Part shown: positions 28,824 through 43,139 of the stretch, in pieces
How the letters are laid out: every line of letters begins with the position of its first letter
Numbering within the stretch: the first letter of the stretch is position 1
Assembly (NCBI GenBank): GCA_964016885.1
Contig: OZ024740.1
Coordinates: 380,122,001-380,186,000 of the forward strand
Direction of reading: 5' to 3'
Length of the DNA stretch: 64,000 bases
Source: Eledone cirrhosa
Lineage: Eukaryota
Made by a program: the position numbers and the translations under genes
Notes under the pieces: generated by a model
Told to the model about the DNA's origin: nothing
Database searches by the model: none
What the model saw: the letters and a program-made list of their open reading frames with translations, nothing else

Positions 28824-28944
28824 AGAGAGAGAGAGAGAGAGGGGGGGGGGAGATATTATATGATAGGGGTCGATAAAATAATATACCAGTAATAAACTGG
28901 CGCAATTGCTGGCCCTGTGCCAAAAGTAGAAACGATTATATTGT

Positions 28945-30060
28945 ATTATATTATTTATTTATGTTAATACACAGAACAAAAGCACTACCTACGGTTTCAA
29001 GGTTCAATTATGATAATCTCTATTGATTGTAAGAGCGATCAAATTTTTGACTTAATAATCACATGCGGGTTTGAAAATACCGTTAAAAACTATAGCATGT
29101 TAAACGAAAAAATATCTATATATTATCAACGTCCCACATAAGATTACTTGGAAGGTACTTGAGATGTTGTCACTTCCTCAGTGAAAGATATAGCTTATTA
29201 CAAGGTTTGTTTTCTGCGAACAATAATTATTTGGACGAAAGTTTTAGAGGATATCTACATCGTAAAGGTCAACTCCTTGCTAACTGGAAACACTCTATGA
29301 ATTCAACAGAGTTCAACCACATTGGTGTTGATTTCTATACTTTCGTAATTTTTCTTTTTCCACACATAATACTGTACACCTTCTGAACTACCCAAACCCA
29401 TAACTTAATATGTAGAAACATATTGTATATTACATAATACTACATAATATCATACTGTCATATTGTGTACCCAGAAACACACGAACACTAACATAGCCAT
29501 TTCTATTTTATATCTTCAGTTATTACTCTTTGTTATACTTCTGTGACGCTAAACTCCGCCAGTTGCAGACTGCGCATTAACATGTGATATCTCTCTCTAT
29601 AAAGTTCAATCACCAGCAGCAGAGTTCAAAGAGCAAAAAATCAGTCCAGTCCATAAGTCGACATTGTCGAGCCATCGTTTTGGCTGCCGGCCTCTGCTTC
29701 TCCTACCAGCCAACCTTCCTTCCAGGCATAACATACTCACACCACGAGTTGATCTTTTTATATGGCCGTATAGTTTGAGTACTCTTGATTTTTACAATTG
29801 ATGTAAAAAAAAAAATATAGCGTGTTAAACGCTATTTTACGAAAAAATATACTACGTTGATGATATATAAATATTTTTTTATAAAAAAAACGTTTTAATA
29901 CGCTATATTTTTAACGGTGTCTTTAAACTCATCTAAGTGCCTGATGATTAGGTCACAAATTTCATCAATTTTACAATCTGGGAAAATGGTTGTAGTTGGA
30001 CCTTGGAACTTTAGGTACCGCTTTTGTTCCGTGTATGAAGATGAATATATAATATAGTAT
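28945..30060. mobile_element. Old diverged inverted repeat (about 28945-29132 and 29856-30060) with decayed hammerheads
   Basis: Right arm has CTGATGA at 29941 and stem II aggtc/gacct. Left arm minus strand retains GAAA CCGTAGG TA gtgc. Together they reconstruct one core. Confidence 0.6.
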
Positions 30061-30143
30061 ATTAGCTCTCATAACAGATTGAGCCATGTTTTCCTTTGTT
30101 CCTTCTTCACATCCACCGATCTTTTACTACACATACACAGACA

Positions 30144-30243
<100 letters not shown>

Positions 30244-30244
30244 A

Positions 30245-30385
30245 GCAAAAGGGATATTTAATTTGTTGTTAATTCAACAAATATAAATGTTTATAACTGA
30301 TTCGAAGCACTCAACAGATTTTCTGGAGTATAATATTCAATGGTTTTATAAATATAGTTTCCATTTATTTAATATCATTGAATAT
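30245..30385. repeat. Fragment of the family seen at 47440 and 48505, with an internal inversion
   Basis: Shared TATAACTGAT..AAGCACTC.ACA...TGGAGTA. The TGGTTTTATAAATATAGTTTCCATTTATTTAATAT segment is inverted relative to 47440/48505. Confidence 0.7.
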
Positions 30386-30737
30386 ATATATATACACACA
30401 CACACATGCAATTTTGGTTTACGAAATTTCACTTATAGAGCATTAGTCAGCTATAGTAGAAGACATTGGGTCACGGTTGTTGTAAGGCAAACGCTCTAAC
30501 TACACAATAATGCCTGCCCCTATGTGCTGTATTTAATTTCAGAAATGGAATTATCAGTAAATGTATTCCTAAATTACAACCAAATAACACGATTATTGGA
30601 TTTTAGTTGTGCAATAGCTCTTGCCATTCGAAATAAATTGCCGTTCGGAGGGTTTTGATGCTTTAACAATATCAAGTTTCTGTAATGTACTATTCCTTAT
30701 AGTACTATATTTTATTAGTATATTACTATAGTTGGAT

Positions 30738-30992
30738 TGTCAGGGTCGGTAAAGCGTCGGACAAAATGTTAAGCAGCATTTGTTCTGTCTCTTTACTTTC
30801 TAATTTCAAAAACTCGCGGAAGTGAACTGTGCCTATAAAATAAAGTACCAGTGTAGTCCTGGTGTTGATAAAATAAAGCACCTTCAAGTCCTAATGTGGA
30901 TAAAATGAAGTACCAGTATCACCCTGAGGTCGATACATTCGACTTTGATTTTCCCTAAATTGCTGGCATTGATCGAAAATTAGAAATCATTA
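30738..30992 (+). mobile_element. Diverged SINE with a triplicated core segment
   Basis: GTCGGACAAAATG head; three ATAAAAT(A/G)AAG(T/C)ACC repeats. Confidence 0.6.
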
Positions 30993-31750
30993 GTTTATTA
31001 TCATATTCTATTGTAAAATATAATTAACTGCATCCATTCTAGGTTATAGAAAATATCATATACTGACACATAGTTTAAGGTTATCTCATTTCATGAAATT
31101 CAGTGTTCAATTGGACAAGTGTACATCTCAATTTTCAGCTCAAAATCGTAAAACCCCGAGTTCTATTCCAAGCGGCGCCATATGTCATTGAGGACAATAT
31201 TGTATGTCACATTGTTATAGTCAAAATAATTGTCTCCGTCTAAAAATTGGTTTTGTTTATGTAGCATCACTTTATGTCCCATAATTTATCGGTTCGACAA
31301 CACTGAAATATGGATTGAAGTGGATAAAAGTTCACGAAAACCTTAAAATTGGTCCTGTGTCTGAAATCATAAGAGAATAAGATAGCAAAATGAAACTATA
31401 ACAGTGTCATTATTCAGTTCAACTGATACGTTTCTTTTTGTAAGCCAATACAATTTTCTTGCGTCGTATATTGATTGCTTTTTTACTTCTTTGGTATTAT
31501 TTTGTTTTACTATTTTAGTTTTCTTTATCTTTTTTTTTTGGCTTTTAAAACAGCCGAGTGGTCGAATGTAGGAGGTAGATTGCAGGCTAACCTCGACAAG
31601 GTTTCAATTTCGTATTGAAGAAGCTTTGCTCCATTTTGACACGCGAAAGTCATGAAAATTTCTCCTTTCATAAGAATGAATAAGGTAACTTTTATTGGAG
31701 ATGCTTTAATCGCTTGTAGATAGTGTATAACCGAAAACGAATAGTCCTAC

Positions 31751-31809
<59 letters not shown>

Positions 31810-31920
31810 TTGTAGTAGTAGTAGTAGTAGTTGTTGTTGGTGGTGGTGGTGGTGGTGGTGGTGATGGTGGTGGTGGTGGTGGTGGTGTTCCTGTTGTTGC
31901 TGCTGCTGTTGTTGTTGTTT
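31751..31920. repeat. (TAG)n(TGG)n(TGT)n trinucleotide microsatellite
   Basis: Directly visible. Confidence 0.95.
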
Positions 31921-31959
31921 AGTTGGGATCAGCCCTGATCAAGAATATCTACACTTTTG

Positions 31960-33270
31960 CTGCAGAGGAAAACTAGCTTACAACGTCTTGTGCTTCTCAA
32001 AAAGAATTAGCTACTAGAGCTGCATCATCTGCAAGCAAGAAGTCTAAAATATCTTTTGTTCTAATAAAGGTCTTCACTTTAAAGCTTATTGATTGAAGAG
32101 GCCACTTGTTATTGTAAATTCAAATATATCGGGTCACATTCTAATTCAGTGATTTCCGGCTATAAAGGAATTGAGTCAATGATATTTTGATCCACAAGAG
32201 ATGTAGAATTTAAAACTGTTCCGAATTGTTCTTTCCAGCGGTTAAGAATTTCCCATTTATCTGTCAGCAAAATAAATCCATCCGATGCTAATACCTGTGA
32301 GGGATCATGTTGCTGAGGGCCATATACCTCTTTTATGCTTTCATTGGCTTTTATATCCTTTCTATCAGCAGCAGTTTGGAGCTCGGCTGCTTATGATGCC
32401 CACCACTTGTCTTTCATTTTCTTCAAGCTCCGTAGAACAGGTTTTTTACAGTCCATGTATTTCTTTTTTCCTGAAATATTTTGTTGGTAATCCATATTTT
32501 ACGAGGGGAGAGCATTATTTCAATTAGTGACTGTAGTTCTGTATTACTTTAATTGAATCCATCTTGATGCTTATGCTTTGACAGACAAAGAGCTTTAAGT
32601 GAAGCAGTGTATGTTGCTTCCTTGAGAATTTTCCACGATTCTTCAATATATCCGAAATTTCAGCTCATTCTAGCTGCACGTAGAGCAATTGAGACAAGCT
32701 AGTTTTTTTCTTTCAGCATCAAATGACCGAACATTTCTTCGTTTAGGAAATTGTGTATGGTGTCTTCTATGCTTTACATAAAGTTGAAATGATACCCTAA
32801 AACGCAACAGAGAGTGATCAGATATCCAACATATGCGATTGAAGGAGCGGATATTACGAATATAGCGTTGTCAATGAAATGTCATTATTTTGACCTTGGG
32901 TGCATCCAAGTAGTTTTGAGCCTTTTGCATTGCTGAAATATAGTGTCGGTAATAAGGCGGCCAAGTTCATTAAAAGAAGAGAGAAGACGAAGTCCATTGC
33001 TATTCATATTTCCAATGCGATGAGAGTTATGAACATTTACCCTGGACTTATGATCTGATTCAACTCTGACATTGAAGTCTCTTTGTGCCAGACATCATGA
33101 CAACCTATAGTTCTGACAATAAAAGATGATTTCCCATAAAAGTTGGTAGACTCTGATTCTTCGGAGTTTATGAATGGCGTACAAACGATTATTCGCCACC
33201 TGTGTTAAAAACGTCAATGTATTTGCTATATTAGTTCTAATAGCAAAACCAACACCAGAAGAACGTATTT
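31960..33270 (-). mobile_element. Degenerate RTE LINE endonuclease region
   Basis: RSSGVGFAIRTNIA, DFNVRVESDH, IGNMNSNGLRLL and TTWMHPRSK (RTE APE motifs). Confidence 0.8.
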
Positions 33271-35982
33271 TAATAATTAACAGGATAAATACTATTGATT
33301 AGCATATCGTAATCGGCTAATAAATTGAAATCATGACTGAGTAACGTTTAGAACTGAAGTGAAGAAAATATAGGACCGTACTGCAGCTGACACTACAGCT
33401 ACAATACATTCCAATAGTAGCAACAGTAAGAAGAGTAACAGGAATCCAAACCGATACCCAGGTACCAGAGATGGCAGCCCACGTGTGAGGCAGCATAGAA
33501 GTTACACGCAAACATAATTGATACGTATGCACACACATGCGTGAATCAATCTGCCACTTTTCCTCCTCTTCTGCACTGATATCCTACTTTTATCAAATAA
33601 TAAACAGAGGAAACTGAACCACAACAAACCATCGACATGGAAAAGAAGTGGAAGACAATGGTCAATAATAGATTGCCTACAACAAAAATGCGTAAGGTTG
33701 ACATGCAAACCCATCTTCACAGCCAACGCATTACGTAAAAGGAAAAACTAAACCAGAGAAAACAACAGCGAAATGACCAATTAGAACTCAATCAAAAAGA
33801 AGCAATAGATATAAATCACGGCTACAACAATCACACCAAAAATATCATAACAACAATAACCGTATCAATATATTTGCATATTCTTCAACGCTCTCGTCTT
33901 TCGAAATGTGAATCCCGAATTGTGAAGTATGAAATATAAAACAACCCAATTATACAAAACACGAATGAAAACACCGACCACATGAAAACGATAGATTTCT
34001 AGTGAGGAAATCGTTAGAGGTCCAACGCTGCAATGGAACGTTTAGTAAACTTCCAATCTTGGTCAGATGTCTTCTAATGAAGCTTTGGGTAGACTAAAAC
34101 CTTGATATTAACGTATTAATACGAAAGCATTTGTGTGATATTACCCGAATTCATTATGTTGCAAATATTCGGGCCAGGTCTCCTGCCCAAAGATAAGTTC
34201 ATCTTTTTCCCCCCACAAAGTCTCTGAGGGCCTGAAAAGGGTTATGATCGCTGTCCTACCTTCTCTGACTAAAGTATTTAACGCGATTTTAAGAAAGCCA
34301 TTTTTCGTAACACTTCTCCGCAGTTAAATCCCTCCTTATAATTTGGAATGTTCTGAAACAGCAATCAATTAGGATACAAATTTACAAACAATACCTATCA
34401 TTACTCCTTGTTAGTTTGTATATCCCATTGTATAACTGTAAATATAAATAATGGAAATATATGTTTTAGACGTTCAGTCAAGAAGAAATAAGAAATTTAA
34501 AACATAATATAGAGATTATTTGGAGATGTTGACAGCTGTTGTAAGAACAAATATCAAGAAAAGAAACAGATGTTTCGAAGTTTTAAATGCTTACATTTTT
34601 ATCTGATTAAACTAACTAGCATTTTAAGCAACTTACATAATTCATTGTATGCATGTACGTATGTATGCATGTATGTATGTATGCACGTATATATGTGTGT
34701 ATGGATAGATGAAAGGATGGTTGGATGTACGTATGTATATATGTATGTAAATGTGCGTGTATGTATAAATTTACGTATGCTATAATATGCGGATGTTTGT
34801 ATTTCAGTATTATACATATATCATGTGTCGTGTAATTTCAGTCATTATTTTTTTCTATTGCTAATGTTCGCTTACATCGATTTCTTGTAAATTGCCATTA
34901 GATTAGTAAGAACATACAGAGTGGGATTGTCTAACCTATATGGCTCTCTAGAGGTAGAAATTAAATAGAGTGATTTCAATGAGTTCTTGAAACAATATAA
35001 CATCACTTACATCACTAATTATTTTGAGAAAGGCGTGAACAAATTTCTATTATATTTCCATAAAAATACCATTTGAATTGATCTAATCATTCGTAAAATA
35101 AAACTCTTTCTTGTGCTTTTTCTCTTTTTTATGAATACCTGCGAGAAAACTTTAATTAAATCTTACTAAGATTCGGAAACGAGCTAGATTATTTTAAAAG
35201 CCAGATTTGGTGACTAGAATGACAATGTCATGTTGACACTACATATAAAAATATAGAACATATGTTTCAACAATCCAATGCTTCGAATTATATTAGAGTA
35301 ATATAAAATTGAAAATATATATCACTAATGTTGTTCGCACCCTGAACGAAGGAATATACATTAGTAGAAAACATTGATATATATTCCAGGTTGATAATAA
35401 AATTGAAAACGTTTACTATATTATAAAACCAGAAACAGCGAATATGCCTAACAGTTATATAATGTGCTCAATGTATAACAGTATATTGTGCACAATTATA
35501 AAAATAATACGTAGCTGTATTCCCATGTATTCCTTTTAGTATTGCCGATGTGCATCGTAATATGTAAGAGTAAAAAAAAGAAAGGTATAAATATATACAC
35601 AAACGCACGCACAGATACATGCATAAATGTATGCATATATCTACACACACACACATATATACATATATATATAAATATATTTATATATACATGGGTGTAT
35701 ATGTGCGTATAGAAGGTGAAGAAGCGAAATTATGATTAGTAATCGTAATCCATTTGCTGCCAATGGTTTCATAAGCCGGCAAAGCCAACGGCTCAAGTAC
35801 CATAGTAAATAAATGTCAACTGTATTTGAATGTATGAAGTGCTCTTACATATTGTTGATATTTACGTGTTATACACACACTCTTTCTCTCTTTCTCTCTC
35901 TCTCACACACACACACACACACGCACTCACGCGCACGCACACGCACACACACACAGACACACATATATAAATACACACACAC

Positions 35983-36070
<88 letters not shown>

Positions 36071-36106
36071 TAGTAAAAGAACAATAAATTTATTTAGAAA
36101 ACTACA

Positions 36107-36530
36107 CTTTTCTCTTTGGCCAATCCCTCATCAACTTTTTCAAATTTCACTTGGAAGGGAGGTGACGTTGGAGAGGGGTGAAGTTCTGATCTCCAGAACA
36201 TTTACTAAAAGGTGGGTGAATATTGAGGATGGCCCGTGTGGATGGGCCAACTCTGATCATGCACTTGTAGGCTGGCTGATTTAGAGAGGAGAGGGGCGCC
36301 CTCCTCGGGTGCTCATGGAGTTTCGGGTGGTTCAGGATTGGTGGGGGTTCCTGATTCGACCCTGGGTGCTCCTCTCCCTTCCCTATTGGGAATTGTCATC
36401 ATTGTTGTTCTTTTGTTTATAGTTATTTCATTTATTTTTACTCGGTTTTATCGTAAACCTCCACTGTCCATGTGTTTTGTATTGTTCCCTATATGTAGGC
36501 CCTTGTGGCCAATAAATAAATTATTATTTA
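36107..36530 (+). mobile_element. 3' fragment of an L1/Tx1-like LINE
   Basis: GGCCAATCCCTCATCAACTTTTTCAAATTTCACTTG and GCCCTTGTGGCCAATAAA match 38739-39116. Confidence 0.8.
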
Positions 36531-36531
36531 T

Positions 36532-36659
36532 GGTCTGAGTTCAAATCCCGCCGAGGTTAACTTTACCTTTGATCCTTACGGGGTCGATAAAATAAAGTAC
36601 CAGTAATACACTGGGATAATTACTGGCCTTGTACCAAAAGTAGAAACAATTATTATTAT
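36532..36659 (+). mobile_element. SINE copy (5'-truncated)
   Basis: Consensus core with (ATT)n tail. Confidence 0.9.
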
Positions 36660-36660
36660 G

Positions 36661-39160
36661 GGCCCGGGTGGTGGAGGCGCGACGTGGCAACGAACCCACA
36701 ATACGGTCTTTGCCTGATCAAAACGGGCGCATATTGCTCGAACCCGAGCAGATGTGTGCGGCTTTTCAACAGCACTTTACTCGATTGTTCAGGGGCCGTG
36801 GCGGGCTAGATCGGAGTATGGACTTCGGTGCATACCTTGACGGACTGCTGCGGCTCTCGGCAGTGCTGCGAAAGGCCGATAACAGCAGGTGAAGTACGGG
36901 AAGCGATGTCTAACTGCACGAGGGGTAAATCGTCAAGTTTGGACGGTCTACCCTACGAGCTTTATGCGTACATGCCAAAATTGTTCGGTGACCTCTTGGC
37001 AGATGTCTACTGCAACTGGAAGCAGAACGGGAGCATTCCCAGTTTTGTGAGTCGGAGAGCGGGGGCGCTGCTGAGAAAAGACCCGAACAAAGGGGACGTT
37101 ATAGACAACTTCAGGCCCATAATTCTGCTAAACACAGAGTTCAAGATTTTGGCCAAGTTGTTTGAAAATATATTGGCGCTTGTCGTCGGTGATTTGGTGA
37201 GAGAGGCGCAGACATGTGCCATTCCGGACAGATCCATCCACGACAACCTCCATCTCAGGTCAATCTAAAGCATTTGATAGGGTCGACGGTCGGTACCTGG
37301 CTGCGGTCCTCGAGGCGGCCGGCCTCGCGCCCCTTTTTAGAGGCTGGATCGCTGCGATACACAGCGACATCTGCTCGATTGTGAGGGTGAATGGTCACCT
37401 GTCGCAGCCGTTCAGCATTATGCGCTCGGTCCGCCAACTTTGTCCTCTCTCGTCCCTCTTGTACATACTGGCCCTCGAGCCATTACTGCACAAATTGAAG
37501 ACCATGAGTGGGGTACCTCGCGAACTGGGATGCGAGAGTTCCGTGTCGGCTTAAGCCGATGACATCACCGTGGTGGTGTCGAGCACCAAACACGTCCAGA
37601 TGCTCAGTACCGCTCTCAAGGAATACGAAGCGGTGACAGGAGCAAAGATAAACCAGGAAAAGTTGGTAGGCTTGCAACTCGGCATCTGGAGAGGCAAGTC
37701 CATGCCGTCCGACAGCGTCGTGGGCCGCTGGACGGAAGGACCGGTTAAATTATTCGGGATCTGGTTCGGTCCGGACCTCCAGATGGAGAAAAACTGGAGC
37801 AAGGTGACGAGTAGGGTGCCTTCTCTCACCCAGAAATGGGTAGAGAGGAGGCTGTATCTGAAAGGTCGGGCGGAGGTGGCGAATGCGTACATCGCATCCG
37901 TCATCTGCTACCGCCTGACCGTCATATCTTGCCACCGTCCAACTCTTCCAATTTTTTGGAAGGGACGTGCTCCCATGGTCAAACGATCCATCTGCTGTCA
38001 GCACCCGTTGCGTGAAAGACTGGGCATGCCATGGCTGATGATGCGCAAACATGCGATGAGGCTGCAACATCTCTGGTGCTTCCTTGACGGTGAACAGGTG
38101 TGGTCGCCGTTTGCCAGACGCGCTTTTCCCCAGCTCGTCTCTTTGACGGAGCTGCAGTGCTGGATCAGAAAAAGACCGAGGAATAGCTCCTGGAAGCTGG
38201 AAAGTCTCCAAGCGCTCACCGTCCTCTACCAGCTGGGGACTGATATTTGTGGAACATTCACTTTGGCGTTCTATAGAGGGCTAGTGAAGGGGATGAGCGA
38301 CGACGTTCTCGGGGAGACCCTGGGCGTCGAAGACGATCAGCTGCTTGCTCTCTTCAAGAGAACTTTCATCCCAGGGCCTATTTCCATAAATACCTGACCT
38401 GGCCGTGCTACCGAGGAGCGCTGTCGGTTCGGGATAAGCTCTACAGACACGGAGGTGCTGTCAGCCGAGCCTGTCCGAGATGCGCGCTGGACGACGAAAC
38501 CGTCCTGCACGCACTCGCTCAGTGCCCGAGGATTGCTGACTTGTAGAGCTATGTCGAACAGTTGCTGTCGCGTGTAGGGCAGATCCGGTTATCGACTGAG
38601 TCCATTGTGCAGATAGCCCCGCCATCCTCCTTTAAAGAGGAGGAAGGGCAAGCAGTCTTCATCTGCCTTGTGGCCATGATGAAAGAGATTGTGTGGTGGA
38701 CGAGGTTGAAAGGGTTGAAGACGGACTCTTTCCTCTCCGGCCAATCCCTGATTAACTTTTTCAAATTTCACTTGAAGAGGAAAATCAGGGTGGAAAGGCA
38801 AGTGCTGTCTTCTAGTAAGTTTGTTGAAAGGTGGGTGAAAGTGGCGGATCTGAGTATGCGCCTGTTGACTGAGGAATGGGAAAACTGAGAGAGGGCGCTT
38901 GCCCTGGTGGTCAGGGTGGCTGTGGTCTTTTATGTGGTTTTCGCCACGAGTGACCTTCGGACGCTTCCCCCTTATTGGGGAATTTTTGTTGTTTGAATTT
39001 TAATTTATTTTACACGTTTCTGTCTTTTATAACCTTTTTACACGACTAAAACCCACTTTGTATCGTCCTGTGCCGTCTGTAACGTTTTTCTTCATGTTAG
39101 CCCTTGTGGCCAATAAAGAAATCATTATTATTATTATTATTATCATTATTATTATTATTA
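36661..39160 (+). mobile_element. L1/Tx1-clade LINE, 5'-truncated, ORF2 disrupted (RT and CCHC zinc finger)
   Basis: GKSSSLDGLPYELY, NFRPIILLNTEFKILAK, QSKAFDRVD, SVRQLCPLSSLLYILALEPL, A*ADDITVVV, CPRCALDDETVLHALAQC; AATAAA followed by an (ATT)n tail. Confidence 0.92.
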
Positions 39161-39163
39161 TTG

Positions 39164-39368
39164 CAGTGGTTTGGCAGTATCGGTAGAGGGTCGGACACCA
39201 TGCTTTGCAGCATAGAGTTACGCCCCTTTACGGTCTGAGTTCAAATCCCACCGAGGTTAACTTTGCCTTGCATCTTTACGGGGTCGATAAAATAAAGTAC
39301 CATTAATGCACTGGGTAATTGCTGGCCTTGTGCCAAAAGTAGAAACAATTATTATTATTATTATTATT
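39164..39368 (+). mobile_element. Full-length SINE
   Basis: TGGCAGTATCGGTAGAGGGTCGG (A-box-like) ... GAGTTCAAATCC (B-box-like) ... core ... (ATT)n tail. Confidence 0.9.
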
Positions 39369-39710
39369 GGGGTATTGGCTATGTAAGGATTTCTATTGTT
39401 TTTTTTTTCTTTGCTTTGATTTTCCTCACAATTTGTCCAGTTTCTGAATTGAATTTTGTAGCTCCGAAGGACAGGTAGAGGCAACACTGAAATGCATCGA
39501 TAATGATGACATAGACCATATAACAAGGGCCAGACAATTTGGGAGCATCTTGGTGCTATTCAAAACTGAGGCCCTTGCTATAAAGCATACTGTGGTCTCC
39601 TGCAAGACGGACCAAATCATGTTGTACCCGTCCTACAAGGGGAGGAGAACAGGAAGGTTCCGTGTTCCAGGATTCCGCCAGGACTGGATTTATGGTGGCT
39701 CCTAGGATGT

Positions 39711-39910
39711 GTGGCGATAGAGTATCGGTAGAGGGTCGGACGCCATGCTTTGGCGCATAGAGTTACGGCCTTTGCCATTCTAAGTTCAAATCCCGCCAAG
39801 GTTAACTTTACTTTTCATCCTTACGGAGTCGATAAAATAAAGTACCAGTAATGCACTGGGTAATTGCTGGCCTTGTGCCAAAAGTAGAAATAATTATTTT
39901 ATTATTGATA
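39711..39910 (+). mobile_element. Near full-length SINE
   Basis: Same consensus as 39164. Confidence 0.9.
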
Positions 39911-41116
39911 ATAATAATGAAGTTATTTAGAACTTGTAATTTTCGCAATGCTTCTTTAATGAGTTCGCAATGTCTGACTGTCATTTTCATTCGTCTATTT
40001 TCTCTCAGTCAACTTGTTTGTTCCGATTTGCTGTCAAATTAATCTCCACACCACTCTTATTAAAAAGAAAAGAAAATATAACACAGCCAATATATTTTTT
40101 AAAAATATACAAACAAATATGCAAACAGTCGGTTTACTAAGACTGTAATTAAACATGCTTCGATAAATAAATAGTTATAAAAAGGCAATAGATAAGCAAA
40201 CAAAACTAAATTAAAAATATAATTAAACCATAAAAAGAATATTTCTATTAATAATTATTGGTCACCATTTTCGTTCGTACAAAAATAAAAGGAGTATCTT
40301 AAGCAGGTTTCAGTTATTTTGGCCATGGGCATTATTCAGAAGACAGCTAATTAGACTTTTGCATTTGTGTTCAGTAGCACGAATAGTAAACAAACGAGGT
40401 AATAAGACAACATGAAATAATATATTGTTCTCATACCATTTTTTAATAACATATTTGTTGAAATAATGTTTTTTTAATAATAAGACTCTACCGTTCTTCA
40501 AATCTCCCTAACCTGCTTAAATATATACAAATTACAAACCCATATCCAATTAGATAAAAAAGATGTAGCATATTGAATTTTTCATATAAAGAAATATAAT
40601 ATCGTGACACACCATTTTAAATATGATGAACACAATTTCCGAAATATTATTCGTGTTCATGCATATTAAATAAATACCAGTTGAAAGATTTCAGTAGCAG
40701 ATTGATTAGGAACCCTTACCACCATCAACCAATCAAATTAATGGCTAAAGATGCCAGGATACATCAACGATATTAATTCTTCTCCAGATAGAGCACCAAA
40801 CTATTAATCCTTCTCAGCTCCACACTGACCTATCCTCTGGTTCAAGCGACTGGAATACTGAAAATATTTCGTCAAAAATCATCCCCTCATATCATTTGCA
40901 GCTACAGCTAACCATCTCCGAGTTGCCGCGTGTCTTATCACCTGACCAAAGTTGAACTATGAATATTTAACAATTCTAATAATGTAAATTCCATCCTGCC
41001 TTTATTCGGTTAATCTCTAAGATTCTTCATTGGCACATTTGTTACCTGAAGGAGTGGACATAGCAAGAAAGACTGAGTAGCTTGCGTAGCGACGCTGTAA
41101 GTGACGGTGAACGAAC

Positions 41117-41292
<176 letters not shown>

Positions 41293-41736
41293 CATACATG
41301 GTGGCTGCCAACTCGTTTTCGAGTACGGCCACTACTTTATATCCATGTAGGAGAACCGCTACTGATGCGCTGAACGAGTGTGACTTTTTAGTCCAGCCAG
41401 CGACTTGAAAAATTTGGTGACAATTATTGACACATAGTGCTGGGCCCATGGTACCATGTGATGTCAAGTGCAGAGAGATCTCCAGATATAAAGCAATGCC
41501 TGCGCCGTGAAGCTTTTATAGTGAGCAAAGGCACTGCACAAAGCCAGTCCCACTCTTTTAACCAAGATGATATTTACCAAAAAGAAGAACAAGTCAACAT
41601 CATTGGATACCATCAGGGTTGCAGGTGTTATATCAGAGTTTTCCTTCTCCTAGAATTCTGCCTTGACAAAGGCTAAGGGGTCATCTCATACATACATACA
41701 TACATACATACATACATACATACATACATACATACA

Positions 41737-41767
<31 letters not shown>

Positions 41768-41769
41768 GT

Positions 41770-42335
41770 TGGATCTTACAAACAGACTCTTTGTAGAACA
41801 AATGGTACTCCACACAATAAGAGGTGAGAATACCCTGGATCTCTGCTTCACGATAAAATACGGAGTTCATCTACAACGTGAAAGTGACACTAACGATTTT
41901 TTCGGACCATGACATCGTAGAACTAGGAATGTATAAGGAAGACTGTAGATATATAGCCGACAGGAAGCACTCGGTCTCTATCCAGCTTAAACTTCTACAC
42001 ATCTAACTGGAACATGATTTAGGACGAGCTCCTAAAAACAAAACTACACCGATAGTTTCTCTATGGAAGATGACAACATAAAACTTGAACAATTCATGGA
42101 AATAATATAAGCCATATGATCAAGGCTTGCCCCAGAAAGAAAGGTGAAGGGACACAAGAATATTATCCTCAGAGGCAGGAGAATCCTTAGGAGAAGAAGA
42201 ACGAAGATCTCAAACCGACTACATACACATTTAAGGAACAAGACTATTCGAACGTAGATGTCATATATCTCGACTTTGCGAAGGCCCTCGACAAGGCTGA
42301 TCATAGAAGGATATATCACAAACTATGTAGCATTA
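41770..42335 (+). mobile_element. Degenerate CR1-like LINE fragments
   Basis: LDLCFTINTEFIYNVKVTLTIFSDHDIVEL (APE C-terminus) and NVDVIYLDFAKALDKADHRRIYHKL (RT). Confidence 0.8.
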
Positions 42336-42371
42336 ACATAAACATTCTTAGAGAATACAGTACCGAATTCT

Positions 42372-42842
42372 TTATTGGTTTACAATTGTTTCAGAAATCA
42401 GATCAAAATTCAGTTCATAAAAATAAAAATTATCAATTATATAATCGATGAGAACAGATGATAATAAAACTGAACTAAGAACTGACTTCATCTTCAGAAC
42501 CAAAATGAAAATAAACATAAGATTCAATAATACATGTCACTGATGGTGGCGACTACTAAAAACATGAAACATAAACCATAGCACTTATTCGAAGGACTAA
42601 AACAGACGTAATATACATTCTAAAATGAAAGAAGTTAAACTTTTGTTTCGGTTCTTCGAATGATAAGTGGTATGGTTTGCCTTCTATGTTTTTTGTAGTT
42701 CCCACCATCAGTGACATCTGAAGATGGGGTCAGTTCTTAGTTCAGTTTTATTATCATCTCTTCTTATCGATTATATAATTGATATTTTTAATTTTTATGA
42801 ACTGAATTTTGATCTGATTTCTGAAATAATTGTAAACCAATA
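42372..42842. mobile_element. Nested inverted-repeat element with a long-stem-II hammerhead
   Basis: Outer arms about 42372-42498 and 42717-42842; inner arms about 42533-42595 and 42652-42717. Confidence 0.85.
42375..42503 (-). ncRNA. Type I hammerhead ribozyme
   Basis: ttggtt CTGAAGA t gaagtcag...ctgatttc t GAAA CAATTG TA aaccaa; perfect 6-bp stem I; palindromic stem III. Confidence 0.85.
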
Positions 42843-42863
42843 AATCTAACAATTAATTTATAT

Positions 42864-43026
<163 letters not shown>

Positions 43027-43139
43027 TATTAGGATTGGTGATCTGAAATAGCGATGAATACATGAATGTATGCATATTATATTTGGCAATATACCGTATG
43101 TTTTAATTAAAAACATTTTGAAGACCTTACGCTATCATT

